Positions 20,427 through 31,525 of a stretch of 64,000 nt of DNA are shown here, piece after piece. The translations under genes were made by a program, and so were the position numbers. Every line of letters starts with the position of its first letter. Within the stretch, counting starts at the first letter, position 1. Below the pieces are notes generated by a model. It did no database searches. It saw only the letters and a program-made list of their open reading frames with translations, and had not been told where the DNA came from. Origin of the DNA: Naegleria gruberi (taxonomy: Eukaryota); assembly GCA_000004985.1 (NCBI GenBank), contig GG738879.1; one strand, 5' to 3'.

Positions 20427-23400
20427 CTACAACTTCTTACATTGTGTCTTATGAACCTTCCAATGTGAAGCTTGGCATTCCTTTGAGCAATAAACAACAG
20501 CTTGACAGGCACCACACTTCTTTTTAGAGTTTGGTTTACCACAACATGCACAGTTGTAAGATTTTGAGGCAGATTCATCAATAGTTGTCTTTTCTTCAGT
20601 TGGTGGTGATGAAACTGAAGTGGTAACAGGACTAGCAACTACCACTTCTTTCCTCTTTTCTTGTTCGATAATTGGTGGAGAGGATACATTTTCTAAAATG
20701 ATTGGTGAGTTAGAGGAAGAGGTTTGAGATGTTGGTAAAGATGTTGGAGGGTGAGTTGATGAAACATTGCATGATGGTTTTGCTTCAGACATTTCAGATT
20801 TCTTTTTAGATTTCTCAGTCCTTACTTCATTGACACCAACAGAAGCAATGGCACTTGGAAGAGATGATTCTTCATAGGTTTCAACTCTTGGTCTAGTTGG
20901 TTTCTTTTCTAAACGTGCTCTTTCTTCCTTTACAAAACTCATACGTAAGCTATCTATCTCGAATATGTCTTGTGGAATAGAAATATCCATCTTTTCCGCA
21001 CTGATATCAGACCAAACAGAAGAGAGTAAGGATGTAAGTTTTTGGTGAGACATTGAAATCAACAATGTAGCAGAAAGTTCTCCCATTTCAGGATGCTTGG
21101 CAATGAGAGGTACAAGCTTTTCAAATAATGTCTTTAGGTTTGGAGCCTTCTTTCCTTTTTCTTTTCTTGCCATGCACCATTTGGCCACACCTTTCGATAT
21201 TTCAGTAAAGACAGAATTTCTAGGTACGAAACGAGCTGGAACTCTAGATCTACTATTCTCTAATGCTGTATTAATTGCATGTTCAAAACCATATGTTTGG
21301 TAAATCTTTACAAGCATGGCATCAGGAAGCATTTCTTGACCATCATAATATAAGCTTCTTTCAATAAAGGCTCTTATGAATGGTACATTAATTGCCTTGA
21401 TTGAACCATCTTTCCATTTCTTCAAACTTTGATACATATCAGAAGCAATATCAGTATTTCCATACACTTTGAAATAATGTGCAGCAAATGTAAAGATATT
21501 TACAAGGAATTTCTTTGCTTCTGGTGCATGATCCACTACATCACACATACAAATAATCCAATCCATAACTGATTCAGTTGGTAATGGAACCATATCATGA
21601 ATACTTTGAATATTCAAACCGCTAATAGTCTCAAAAGCCATCATAAATCCAAAATCAACCTTCTCAGCAATAGCAAAGTAAAAGTTGTGGAAAAATGGAG
21701 TGCAAAACATTTCACGATAGAATCTAAATGTGTAAGGTGTACGAGGAGGTTGTTTCAAATCTGAAAGATTAGTCCATAATACTTCGTAGAGTGTTCTGGT
21801 ATTTTTTTGCTTTCCCACCTTTGGTCTTCCAAACATCATTCTCCAAGCTTGGACTACCTCTTCCTCTTCACTGTTTAATGGTCTGATCTTAATGGTCTCG
21901 TTAATAGCTGATTCTGCAATGTCAAGAGCAACGTTATCAGAGATAACAGTGAAGCAAGCAAATGGTTCATCAGCAAATTTTGTTTTGTATGGCCTGAATT
22001 GTCTGGTTGAGCCCAAATAGGATTTCAAAAAGTTATCACATTGTTTAGTGGAGGGAAAGGAGGTTGCCAGTTGGTCTCTGAGTACTTGTGTATATGCATT
22101 GAATAAAAGACAAGTCACAACATATTCTCCTCCCATATTGTCAACTCTCATTATTCTGAAAATGCCATAACCATCTGAAGCAGTAATAATAAACTTTCCA
22201 GCTATTCCTTTAGTTAACCCTTGCTGTTTGATTTTTTCCTTTAAGGAAGGTTGAATTGGAGCTAATTCGTTTGTTGCAAATTTAGGAGTGGCAGCAAAAA
22301 ATTGTCTACGTTCTTCATTGGTAAACTTTTTAGAAGCGTCAAATTTGGAGACGAATGGTATTCTTTGTTTCTCACCACTTGTCATCCAGTCCTTTGATGT
22401 GGCTGCCATACCAGCCTTAATAGGATCCAGCTTTGAGGTCTTTGGATGCACTTGAATTTGATAAATTAATTGACCAAAACCAAGACAATGAAGCCCTCTC
22501 TTTAAATTTGGAATGGTAGAAAGTGATGCTACTGCCCTAAGAGTATTTAAATCAGGTAAAATATCTCTATCAATCTCAAATGTAGAGTCTAAAGTATGGT
22601 AAAGAGCAGGAAGTAGTGCCTCAAGTAAACACCCCAACTTGTCACTAACAAATGCACCATTAGCAATGAACCTACATAATGAAGGAGATAGAACTGACTT
22701 GGCAGTACTTCCAAAAGAAAGTATGATTTTGAAGAATTCACTGTCTTTCTCGAGAATATCTACACACTTTAAAGATTTTTCGATATGTTCTGGCTTTAAG
22801 TGAGCAACTGCAAAAATGTTGGCTAATACTTCAAATCCATTATCTGGGGAAGCCTGTAAAAACTTTTTCAAACATTCTAATTGATTCTTTTCAGTAATAA
22901 GCTCAAACACATGTTCTTCACACTTTGAAATGTAGTTAAATGCCTCTTGTCTATCCTTAATGGAGTTTTGGATATTACTAATAGTATTCAAATGTTGTTG
23001 GTAATTGAAATCAAAGCTAAGAGCTAACAGGCTGAATTTTTCGTCGTCAATTCTTGGGCACATTGGACAATGCTTCTTTTTCTTTGCAGCATAAACGGTA
23101 GCTGCTTCTTTAACTTCTTCTACTTTTGATTTACTCATGCTGCTAAGTGTTGCCTTTTCCCATTTCTTTGAAACATCACCACTATATGTTAATAGGAAAG
23201 TGATTATGTGCATTAGAGTTTCCCAACCACCAAATTCTGGATCATCAAAACCAAACATTAGTGGTGAAACTTTTTCAATGTGGTGAGCCTGTGTCAAAAA
23301 ACTAGTTGGATTGATCAGTTGGGATAGTTTGACATTCTCAACACCCAAATAAATAACAGCATCCATCATTTGACTATATGTATCGACATCAATGATGACA

Positions 23401-26171
23401 TTCCTTAACATATCAGAAAGCTTCTCATTATTATGATCAAATTTTGTAGAACCTTCAAAGTACTTCAATCTTTGGTCTTTTGACATATTTCTGAGGTACG
23501 AATAGATTTCTCTTCTGTGAGGAGTAAATTTCTTATCAATAACTATTAGGCACTTTTTAATCATCTCGTCTAACATTTCTCCTATTTTCTCAGAGTGTTC
23601 ATATTGCTCTTTTGGTATTGTTGCTTTCATCTTTTCCAAAATACTTGTAAATCCTTCTTTCTCTACCATATCCTTAAAGTATGAGAAATCATTTAAACCC
23701 TTTTCCAATTTATCAAAATCTGTCTCAACAGGTTTTTCAACTTCTTGTTGCTTGAGCTTTTTGAAAAGTGTTACCATAGATTCATTGTCAGGATCCTTTG
23801 CTAAAGCAATTTTGACAACTTTGATTGCCTCATCAATTCGTTTCAAAGCTTCGAGTGACATTGCTTTTCTAAAATAACCTTTCACAAAATTAGTATCAGC
23901 TTTGATAGAGTCTTCAGCACATGAAAGAGCTCTTTCAAAATGCTTCAAATTAAAGAAGCAAGCAGACATATTCGAATATAATATTGGTTTTAAACTAGAA
24001 GAGCATTCAGGGTGCTTGATTGCCTTGTTATAGAAATCTAAAGCCTTCATACAGGCACCTTTTTTGAACTCTTCATTACCCTTATTCTTCAAATCCTCAG
24101 GAGACTCTGTTGATGATTCAGATTTTTTGGTTTCAGATTTAGCATCAGTTTTAGGCTCAGTTGTGGATGTCTTTTCGCTTGTTGATGTATTTCTAATCTT
24201 GGAAAGGAGGTTTAAAACTTCAGAATCTGTAACTTCCAAAGATCTAGGTAATATTAAAACAGAACCATCAGCTCTATCTAAAATGTATTTGACAAGTTTG
24301 TCTTTTGAACTAGTTCTGTACAATAAGTTCTGAATTTCCTTCTTAGATATCTTTAAACCAAATAGAAATAAAGCATCAATACATTTTTCGAAAGAAAGAT
24401 CTTTCGAATGTGGCTGGTCATGATTGTCACATCGTTGACAGGTTTCACCACCTTTTACACAATCATAAACACTGGTTGAAAATATTGTTTCAATACCAGT
24501 TAGCAAAATGTCATTTGTAATTTTCTTTCTTTTCAATAGATAGGAAAGAATCTCGACTGTTGGCCTCCAATTTCCTTGATTAACAGCCATTTCAAATGGG
24601 CTCGGCATACCACCACTTGAAAAAAGAGGATTACCTGATTTTTCACAGAAAAATTGCACAATTTCTCTTGAGCGATCATAATAGCATGAAAAATGGAATG
24701 GATTAGGTTCATATGGAGTTCTAATGGGTGCTCCATGCTCCACCAACAGCTTGACAGCCTCCAAGTTGTTCAAATCAACAGCCTTATGGAGAAGTGAAAG
24801 ATGTACCTGAGTTCTGGCATTAGGGAAATATAGTTTAGAATAAACCTGGAAGAAGTTTTGGACTGGTTTGCTATGGTCGAAGTGTTTTCTTTTTAGTTTG
24901 TGCTCTTCACCACTAAGACAAAGATGAGAGTTCACAATATTTACATTTTTGATGGCATACTCTAAAGCATCAGGATTTGCAAGCCATAAATCAAGATTAT
25001 CTGAAACGTATTGGGAATCAGCACTAAATGATGGAGCCTCTCCAACTGTACTAGAAAAGCTTCTAGGAAATCCAACATTGGCCAACTTTCTTATTCCCAA
25101 AAGATATTCAAAAACGTAAGAAGACCATTCTCCAGCTGCAGAAAGTGGGCTTTTTACAATGGCTACATCTTGGTCAACATTTTTACGTTCTGCATACTTG
25201 ATTTGGTCTTCTACTGAATTATATTGTGGAGTCTTCTTGTTTACAATATAGTCACACAATCCAAAACTCCAAAGTAAATATTTGGAAGAACTCAATTTTA
25301 ACATTTCCACATCTTTCTTCATGAAATCATAAGCTTCCTTCCATCGTCCAAGTTTCATTAAGCATTCTGGAATATTAGCTTGAAAATTGCAATATGAAAC
25401 CATCATTCCATGAATTTCTGAATCTAACTTTTGAGCTCTATAATAGGCATCAAGAGCTTCTTCATACCTTCCCATTCTTCGTAAAACATTGGCTTCTCCA
25501 ATTATTGCTCTAAAATATTGTCTAAATTGATGATGAAGCCAATTTCCAGTCTTGTCAAGTTTAGAATTGGTTGGATGGTAATAATTATCTTTTTTAGATT
25601 GTCCTTGTCTATAATATTGAAGTGCTTCCTCAAAATTCTTTGCCTTGTACATTGCTAAGAGGTTGTAGGCTTCAATACAATTTGGAGAGAGTTTTAATGC
25701 TTCGGAAATTTGTTTCTCAAGCTTCTCTGGGGTGTTAACATAGTCATGAGCACCGTGTGCAATTTTTGAAGCTTGATAATCGTTTCTAGTCTTGTACATA
25801 TCTGGTGATTGATGCATCATGTCATGAGCAGGAGAACCAGCTGCATTTCTGTGTTCTGAAAAGTCTCTTGAAAGAGCCTTCACATCATGATCATCTGGAT
25901 TCTTGTAGTATTGTTCGATCATGTAAATCTTCTTTTGTTTTTCGTTTAGTTCCGAAGGTGCAGAATCATGCTTTTCATAAATATTACACAACCTGAGAAC
26001 TCTCAAGAGTGTATCTAATTGCTTTTCAGTTAGGTTGTTCAGCACACCTGATGGTCCAAAAACTCTCGGAAGTGATTGGGTCAAACTTTCAAATTCACAT
26101 GGTTGTGTTGGATTATTGCAAGAGCTTTGAATTGGATAACCCAATTGTTGTGCAAACCAATTAGCATCCAT
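20427..26171 (-). CDS. Large (1,914 aa) TPR- and ankyrin-containing protein with a C-terminal MYND-type zinc finger.
   Basis: Uninterrupted ORF. The C-terminus CACCGKPNSKKKCGACQAVVYCSKECQASHWKVHKTQC is a MYND zinc finger. TPR-like repeats lie in the middle region (...ALDFYNKAIKHPE.., ..YFRKAMSLEALKRIDEAIKVVKIAL..). ANK-like segments lie near the N-terminus. Confidence 0.6.
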   Translation of the reverse strand: MDANWFAQQLGYPIQSSCNNPTQPCEFESLTQSLPRVFGPSGVLNNLTEKQLDTLLRVLRLCNIYEKHDSAPSELNEKQKKIYMIEQYYKNPDDHDVKALSRDFSEHRNAAGSPAHDMMHQSPDMYKTRNDYQASKIAHGAHDYVNTPEKLEKQISEALKLSPNCIEAYNLLAMYKAKNFEEALQYYRQGQSKKDNYYHPTNSKLDKTGNWLHHQFRQYFRAIIGEANVLRRMGRYEEALDAYYRAQKLDSEIHGMMVSYCNFQANIPECLMKLGRWKEAYDFMKKDVEMLKLSSSKYLLWSFGLCDYIVNKKTPQYNSVEDQIKYAERKNVDQDVAIVKSPLSAAGEWSSYVFEYLLGIRKLANVGFPRSFSSTVGEAPSFSADSQYVSDNLDLWLANPDALEYAIKNVNIVNSHLCLSGEEHKLKRKHFDHSKPVQNFFQVYSKLYFPNARTQVHLSLLHKAVDLNNLEAVKLLVEHGAPIRTPYEPNPFHFSCYYDRSREIVQFFCEKSGNPLFSSGGMPSPFEMAVNQGNWRPTVEILSYLLKRKKITNDILLTGIETIFSTSVYDCVKGGETCQRCDNHDQPHSKDLSFEKCIDALFLFGLKISKKEIQNLLYRTSSKDKLVKYILDRADGSVLILPRSLEVTDSEVLNLLSKIRNTSTSEKTSTTEPKTDAKSETKKSESSTESPEDLKNKGNEEFKKGACMKALDFYNKAIKHPECSSSLKPILYSNMSACFFNLKHFERALSCAEDSIKADTNFVKGYFRKAMSLEALKRIDEAIKVVKIALAKDPDNESMVTLFKKLKQQEVEKPVETDFDKLEKGLNDFSYFKDMVEKEGFTSILEKMKATIPKEQYEHSEKIGEMLDEMIKKCLIVIDKKFTPHRREIYSYLRNMSKDQRLKYFEGSTKFDHNNEKLSDMLRNVIIDVDTYSQMMDAVIYLGVENVKLSQLINPTSFLTQAHHIEKVSPLMFGFDDPEFGGWETLMHIITFLLTYSGDVSKKWEKATLSSMSKSKVEEVKEAATVYAAKKKKHCPMCPRIDDEKFSLLALSFDFNYQQHLNTISNIQNSIKDRQEAFNYISKCEEHVFELITEKNQLECLKKFLQASPDNGFEVLANIFAVAHLKPEHIEKSLKCVDILEKDSEFFKIILSFGSTAKSVLSPSLCRFIANGAFVSDKLGCLLEALLPALYHTLDSTFEIDRDILPDLNTLRAVASLSTIPNLKRGLHCLGFGQLIYQIQVHPKTSKLDPIKAGMAATSKDWMTSGEKQRIPFVSKFDASKKFTNEERRQFFAATPKFATNELAPIQPSLKEKIKQQGLTKGIAGKFIITASDGYGIFRIMRVDNMGGEYVVTCLLFNAYTQVLRDQLATSFPSTKQCDNFLKSYLGSTRQFRPYKTKFADEPFACFTVISDNVALDIAESAINETIKIRPLNSEEEEVVQAWRMMFGRPKVGKQKNTRTLYEVLWTNLSDLKQPPRTPYTFRFYREMFCTPFFHNFYFAIAEKVDFGFMMAFETISGLNIQSIHDMVPLPTESVMDWIICMCDVVDHAPEAKKFLVNIFTFAAHYFKVYGNTDIASDMYQSLKKWKDGSIKAINVPFIRAFIERSLYYDGQEMLPDAMLVKIYQTYGFEHAINTALENSRSRVPARFVPRNSVFTEISKGVAKWCMARKEKGKKAPNLKTLFEKLVPLIAKHPEMGELSATLLISMSHQKLTSLLSSVWSDISAEKMDISIPQDIFEIDSLRMSFVKEERARLEKKPTRPRVETYEESSLPSAIASVGVNEVRTEKSKKKSEMSEAKPSCNVSSTHPPTSLPTSQTSSSNSPIILENVSSPPIIEQEKRKEVVVASPVTTSVSSPPTEEKTTIDESASKSYNCACCGKPNSKKKCGACQAVVYCSKECQASHWKVHKTQCKKL

Positions 26172-26349
26172 TTTCTTGTTAATATTCTGATGTGACTGTT
26201 GTATGATGTTGTTTTAATTTTTTTGTTGTTGTTAGGCTTCGTTTATTTGTTCGACCTTGTAATGGCTTTGTTGGTTACCAATGTTTCGAAGGCTTGTTTA
26301 CAAAAACTTCAAAGGCTTGTTTAATCAATGTCATTCTAAAGCGATGTGT

Positions 26350-27270
26350 TTATTTATCATCATATGTGGCGTGTCCTAAAACATCATCTGCCACAGAAAT
26401 TTCATATTCTTCGTCACTGTCTTCATCTTGATTGACTCCTCTGTAATAATAATTAGAGGCACTCAAATCCAAACAGTCACCACTACACAGCAATCCACAT
26501 AAAAAACAGAAAACTCCAATTATTGTAATAACAATTAAAATTCCAAATGAAATCCACTTGTAGTGACACCAAAAAGAAGCTCTTGTCAAGTAATCTCTTG
26601 TTATTTTCATTGGGCTAAAGAAATCATAATGAAAAGTTGCTGATATAGTATTCAAATGTTCTAATACTCCAAATATTACATGAACTATTGGTGACAAACA
26701 CATGACATTGGCAAGTGTTTTGTTCGTGGACGAAAATATCGAATATAATACACATGAAATAAATACAGAAACTGAAGGAATAAAGTATAATAAATCAATC
26801 AACTCGTAAAGTAAATGTAAATATCTTCCTCTTGTACCAATATGCTGCAAAAATTCAACTCCCAAACTTCCATCAAATCCTCGCAGTGAATTATTCAACA
26901 TGGTAAACTCGGACGAAATAAATAATCGAGACCAAACATATTGAAAAATCCACGTGCCAATAATATTTAAAAACAATAGTAATATACTTCGTAGATTGGC
27001 ATTTGATTTTATAAATCCTAAAAGGGAGACTATTCCTTCTTTGCAAAACTCAGCAATATTTAATATGATATATTTAAAATAATTATTTGATGGTAGAGAG
27101 GATCTGTGTGATGATGAGGATCTTCGTGATTGTGTTGTAGTTGTTGATGTTGTTATTATTGTGTTGGGTGATGATGTTGTGGAAGATCCTCTAATAGTGG
27201 CTGAAGAACCACCACTCTGCAAAGACGACACATTCACAATTGTGTGATGTGCAGTTGATGTTTTGTGCAT
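26350..27270 (-). CDS. Hypothetical multi-pass membrane protein with an S/T-rich N-terminus.
   Basis: 306-aa ORF with at least 5 hydrophobic helices and an acidic C-terminal tail. No family recognised. Confidence 0.45.
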   Translation of the reverse strand: MHKTSTAHHTIVNVSSLQSGGSSATIRGSSTTSSPNTIITTSTTTTQSRRSSSSHRSSLPSNNYFKYIILNIAEFCKEGIVSLLGFIKSNANLRSILLLFLNIIGTWIFQYVWSRLFISSEFTMLNNSLRGFDGSLGVEFLQHIGTRGRYLHLLYELIDLLYFIPSVSVFISCVLYSIFSSTNKTLANVMCLSPIVHVIFGVLEHLNTISATFHYDFFSPMKITRDYLTRASFWCHYKWISFGILIVITIIGVFCFLCGLLCSGDCLDLSASNYYYRGVNQDEDSDEEYEISVADDVLGHATYDDK

Positions 27271-27381
27271 TTTTTGTAATGTTGTTTGTGGATTAAAATC
27301 AATTAGACAATGACACTTATTTGGAGACAGTTGCGGGTTACTAATTAAAACTGTTATCTTGAAACTAAGTGCATTAGTTTA

Positions 27382-28644
27382 TTATGGCTTATTAATTGGT
27401 GGACGAACTGTTGTAAATTGAGTTTGTGAAGGGTTCGTGTTAGGAGTTGGTCTTGTGGTTTGGATTGGAGCATTGTGTGTTACTGTAGGCATTCTAGTAG
27501 TGGCAACAGATGCAATGTTAGAGTAGTCAATATTTGGTAAACTAGTGGTTGGAGGACTTGTGTTGGCATATTTCTCTTCTGCAACTTCGAATGGAAGTAA
27601 TTTTCCAAATAAAAAGTGTTGAATGACAACAAATTTGAATAATACTTCATCGTAATACATCTTAATTAATCCTGAATTAATCTTGGTCCATCTTGGAACT
27701 CCACTAATATCATTAAGAAGAGGAGAATGCTCACCGAATGGTCCCTTTTTAACTCTATTAATGAAATCAATACCAGCCAAATACAAGTATCTATCAGAGT
27801 ATCTTTCCACAAGGCCTCTGTCATGAATTGAGGTTGGTTTGATTTCTTCTGGATTATTAATTAATTGAGAACTTCCCCAAATATAAGTTAAGAATTGGTG
27901 ATCATCCAGACCCCAAACACCATGAGAACCAGCAGGCTCTAATTTGTAGAATAATAAAACCTTTCTCATAAAATCGATATATCTAGGGAAAATAACAGAG
28001 ACAAGAGCAAATGAATCTCTGAGAGTTACAATATTCAATCTAGCTAAACAGCACATCCAAGCACAAAAAGTTGCTTCGTGACCAGTACCATAATCAATTC
28101 TAGTCTTGTTTCCAAAACTATCCTTCCAATATGCACTTAATTCTTTTCTATGCCATTCCTCTTTCTTATTATACATTGTATATACACCTGATTCGTCACT
28201 TGCTGGTGAAGAATGTTCCAAAGCTTTATCTAACAATGAATCCATCATTCTATCAGCTTCCGAAGACATTTTATCAGACCAATCACGATATGATAAATTA
28301 CCAAATCTTGAAGTTTGTCCATCTCTAAATTCTACTGGTGGAAATTGTTCCATATAAGCTTCCAAATCGTCGAAAAATGTTAATACCATCTCCAATACTG
28401 GTGAGAGTTTTATATTTGCATCACTAGGAAGAGGTTTGGATTTTATCGATTCATTCAATTCACGCACAAAGTTATCAAAGATAAGAAAGGCTTTCGATTT
28501 TTTAAATTTGATCATATCATGTTGTGTTTTAATCTTTTTATGTGGAACTTCCTCATCATGCACCTCCAATTTTGCTTCAAACTCCTGTTCTAATTTTTGT
28601 TGCATTGGAGAGTGAGCAGTGGTTAGAACGCTATCGTTAATCAT
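27382..28644 (-). CDS. PTPA: Serine/threonine-protein phosphatase 2A activator (PTPA/RRD family) with a P/T-rich C-terminal extension.
   Basis: Contains the hallmark GVWGLDDHQFLTYIWGSSQL motif and surrounding PTPA-like sequence (..FDNFVRELNESIK.., ..EATFCAWMCCLARLN..). ATG context aaaaaaaATGatt. Its promoter is divergent and shared with the 28753 gene; the spacer is 108 bp. Confidence 0.8.
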   Translation of the reverse strand: MINDSVLTTAHSPMQQKLEQEFEAKLEVHDEEVPHKKIKTQHDMIKFKKSKAFLIFDNFVRELNESIKSKPLPSDANIKLSPVLEMVLTFFDDLEAYMEQFPPVEFRDGQTSRFGNLSYRDWSDKMSSEADRMMDSLLDKALEHSSPASDESGVYTMYNKKEEWHRKELSAYWKDSFGNKTRIDYGTGHEATFCAWMCCLARLNIVTLRDSFALVSVIFPRYIDFMRKVLLFYKLEPAGSHGVWGLDDHQFLTYIWGSSQLINNPEEIKPTSIHDRGLVERYSDRYLYLAGIDFINRVKKGPFGEHSPLLNDISGVPRWTKINSGLIKMYYDEVLFKFVVIQHFLFGKLLPFEVAEEKYANTSPPTTSLPNIDYSNIASVATTRMPTVTHNAPIQTTRPTPNTNPSQTQFTTVRPPINKP

Positions 28645-28752
28645 TTTTTTTAATTTTATTAATAACTCGATTAATTAATATTTAAAATTATGTACTATTA
28701 TGCTTTTGTTTACAAAATTAAATAGTATCAGCTGCAATAACATAGAATAAAA

Positions 28753-30570
28753 ATGCCAACAGAGGAAACAACAGGCAACAACCAACAACAGAGGAAAAAA
28801 AGACTTACCGATAGTAAGAGATTTTATGTAATAGCAGCCTTCTTTATTTATGTGTTGGCCGGTTTTGCTGTTTGGTGGTTCTCAACAGGAGCCTATCAAT
28901 CACTTTTTCCTCATGAAGATATTAAACAACTCTTGGAAAAGGATGCTTCACATTCCCTTCTTCCTTCAATTATTATAGTGGCCCATTATATTAATTTCAA
29001 GTCATCACCATCGGTGGGTCATAGTTTATCATCTAAAAAGTTTATTGGATCCATCAATAATTGGACAATAGAACAATTAAATAATGTAAATGGTGATGAT
29101 CAGAAAATTGATGAATTATTGAACGAGTGGATACAAGCAAAGAAACTTGATAAACCTAATCACTATCATTTATTTATTATTTCCGGCCAAGACAAGGAAA
29201 CTACTTTATATTTAGGAAAACATAGACATGCTTGGACAATTTTAGGTGCTGATAATGGAGTTTCCTCTATTTTCGAGTTGTATTTTAACATTTTAACTAA
29301 TAGCAATACATCACCTTCAAAATCTAATCAAATCAAGAATATGTATGATGAATTTGGAGATTTAGCATCGGATATTATTGATGATAGTGATATTACTGTC
29401 AGTAAGACTGCTATGAAATATAGAATTACATTCAATGTTGTAAATATGGCTCCATTCAGAAATTACATGTTTGATTGGGGTTCAGAAACTATTAATTTTG
29501 AGAATTATATTAGATCATTCACTGATTCTATTTCTAATTTAGCAGATTTTCTTATTGAATGGAAGACAGTAATGTATGGTAATTTACCAGTTAGTGGTCT
29601 TCATTCAAAATCAGCTGATGTGTCCAAGTTAAGGAAATATAAAACCTTCCAAAACTTTGAAAGGAGAAATTCAAATGATGTCGATGCTGCCAATGCTACA
29701 GCTTTAGTTCCAGAAGGGCAAGAACCTTACTATGAAATTGATGCCAGATCTATGCAATTCTTATTGAATGAAAATAATGATTGGAAGTTTGTTTCACAGG
29801 ATGCCAATGAAACATCCATTCAATTTTTAGTTTTAATTCCTCCAAAAGAAAGCACTCCACTCTTAGTTAGAAAGTATGACGGATCAGTGAGTCAACACAA
29901 TTCTTACATTGTACCAAGATGGGGAGGTGTTCTAGTTTTTAACCCTTCTAAACATGTTTACAAAAATACTGGATTGAAGACCTTGGATTCGGAAGATGTC
30001 CAATACATTATGGAAGTATTCACTAATCAATTGAGAAGACTTCTTTCCATTCCCCCACCAACACCATCCACAGTTAAGATTGATTCGAAAGGATTATCAA
30101 AGGTAAAAATTACATACATTTCCTCCTTGAAATTTGGTGTATCACAATGGGAAATTGATCAATTATATAGACACAGAATTCAAAATAACTTACTCAGAGC
30201 TGTTGAAACTCTCAAATCCATGTCTAGAGTAGTTTACAATATGCCTAATGTATATGTGTGGGATATTGTAGCTGAACTCACAAGAGAATCCATTGAGAAT
30301 GTCCACCAGGCACTTTCAATGATTAATAATAATGAGATTGAGAAATTAGATGAGCTTTTGGCCAAATCCAAAACAGCTATTTATAGTGCTGAGAGAGCTT
30401 TCGGTCATGAATCAATGCTCTCAATGCTTCACTTCCCAGATTCTCAAAAATTAGCAATTTATTTACCTCTTGTTCTTCCAATAGTTATTACAATTCTTGT
30501 TGGTTTTAAGAGAGAGAAGAATGTTCTTGCTGATAAACTGAAACCAACCCCAGCAGCTCAACAAGAATAA
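28753..30570 (+). CDS. Membrane glycoprotein with N- and C-terminal TM anchors. Its topology resembles GPI-transamidase subunit PIG-S/Gpi17, but the assignment is tentative.
   Basis: 605-aa ORF with an N-terminal TM (RFYVIAAFFIYVLAGFAVWWF), a large domain carrying many N-glycosylation sequons, and a C-terminal TM (LAIYLPLVLPIVITILVGF). The size and topology fit PIG-S. I could not confirm it by motif. Confidence 0.45.
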   Translation: MPTEETTGNNQQQRKKRLTDSKRFYVIAAFFIYVLAGFAVWWFSTGAYQSLFPHEDIKQLLEKDASHSLLPSIIIVAHYINFKSSPSVGHSLSSKKFIGSINNWTIEQLNNVNGDDQKIDELLNEWIQAKKLDKPNHYHLFIISGQDKETTLYLGKHRHAWTILGADNGVSSIFELYFNILTNSNTSPSKSNQIKNMYDEFGDLASDIIDDSDITVSKTAMKYRITFNVVNMAPFRNYMFDWGSETINFENYIRSFTDSISNLADFLIEWKTVMYGNLPVSGLHSKSADVSKLRKYKTFQNFERRNSNDVDAANATALVPEGQEPYYEIDARSMQFLLNENNDWKFVSQDANETSIQFLVLIPPKESTPLLVRKYDGSVSQHNSYIVPRWGGVLVFNPSKHVYKNTGLKTLDSEDVQYIMEVFTNQLRRLLSIPPPTPSTVKIDSKGLSKVKITYISSLKFGVSQWEIDQLYRHRIQNNLLRAVETLKSMSRVVYNMPNVYVWDIVAELTRESIENVHQALSMINNNEIEKLDELLAKSKTAIYSAERAFGHESMLSMLHFPDSQKLAIYLPLVLPIVITILVGFKREKNVLADKLKPTPAAQQE

Positions 30571-30571
30571 A

Positions 30572-31270
30572 CTAAAGAGTTTCGTAAGAAAAATCCTCCT
30601 TTCCACTCTTAATATTAGAAAAGGTTGAAGATTCTTGATAATTTAAGAAAAGTTTGTGAACTAGTGCATAGGAAATAATTGCCAAACTAATAACATAGTG
30701 AATGAGTGCAATACCAATCTGAATTGATACAGTTATCACAACCGATAATTGTTCATGTGCTCTCCAAAAAAGGATGATTCCAATCAATAGCCCAACCATT
30801 TGAGTAGCCATAGACATTACTGAGGACATTAAAAAAGAAGATGTGAACAATTTGTGAATTACAACATGAGAATGATTTTCAAATTCACTATAATACTCAA
30901 TTTCAACTCCATTTTCATGCCTTATTTCACCTACATTGTCTTGAGGAGAGGCCTGTTGGATAGCTAATCTTTCAGCCTCCTTCTTTACAGTTTTGAAAAA
31001 GATGTAATTCAGTCCAATCTTTAAAACTGCCAACACACCAATTACTATATACAAAAATAGGAAAAGTGGCCACAAGGCAAAAATGTCCTCTTTTCTCTCT
31101 TCTCTGAGAGGGTAAGGTTCACTAGAATCGAAAGTTTCACTCACAAACTCTACAGTTGATATGATTAGTAATGCTAGGTTGACCACTATCAAAACTTCTC
31201 CTAAACTATACGAAACCACAACAATTTTTTGAGATTTTTGCAAACTCCTCATAACTGATTGGAAGATCAT
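30572..31270 (-). CDS. Hypothetical four-helix membrane protein.
   Basis: 232-aa ORF with ATG context aaaaaaaATGatc. Four hydrophobic helices. It lies tail-to-tail with the 28753 gene, with 1 bp between their stops. Confidence 0.45.
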   Translation of the reverse strand: MIFQSVMRSLQKSQKIVVVSYSLGEVLIVVNLALLIISTVEFVSETFDSSEPYPLREERKEDIFALWPLFLFLYIVIGVLAVLKIGLNYIFFKTVKKEAERLAIQQASPQDNVGEIRHENGVEIEYYSEFENHSHVVIHKLFTSSFLMSSVMSMATQMVGLLIGIILFWRAHEQLSVVITVSIQIGIALIHYVISLAIISYALVHKLFLNYQESSTFSNIKSGKEDFSYETL

Positions 31271-31525
31271 TTTTTTTAATGATTTGTTTTTGACTTCTGC
31301 CTATTGAAATTGTTTATTATTTTGGAGGTTATTCTTAATTGGTACTTTTGGAGTGAAAGAGACAAATTGAATTAATTTGTAAATAATAAATCTAAGGAAA
31401 ATTCTATAATTGGAAAATCGTTTAAAGTCAAGCGAATGGACAATATGATTTTCATCTCAATACCTTAATTCTTGTAAATAAAATTAAATACAAAGAAAAT
31501 ATAAATATTAAATAATTAAAAAAAA

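Noticed and set aside
20399-20638. Track ORF 20399..20638 (-), overlapping the 3' end of the 1,914-aa gene.
   Set aside because: It lies in an alternative frame of the MYND zinc-finger region and begins at a non-ATG codon. It is spurious.
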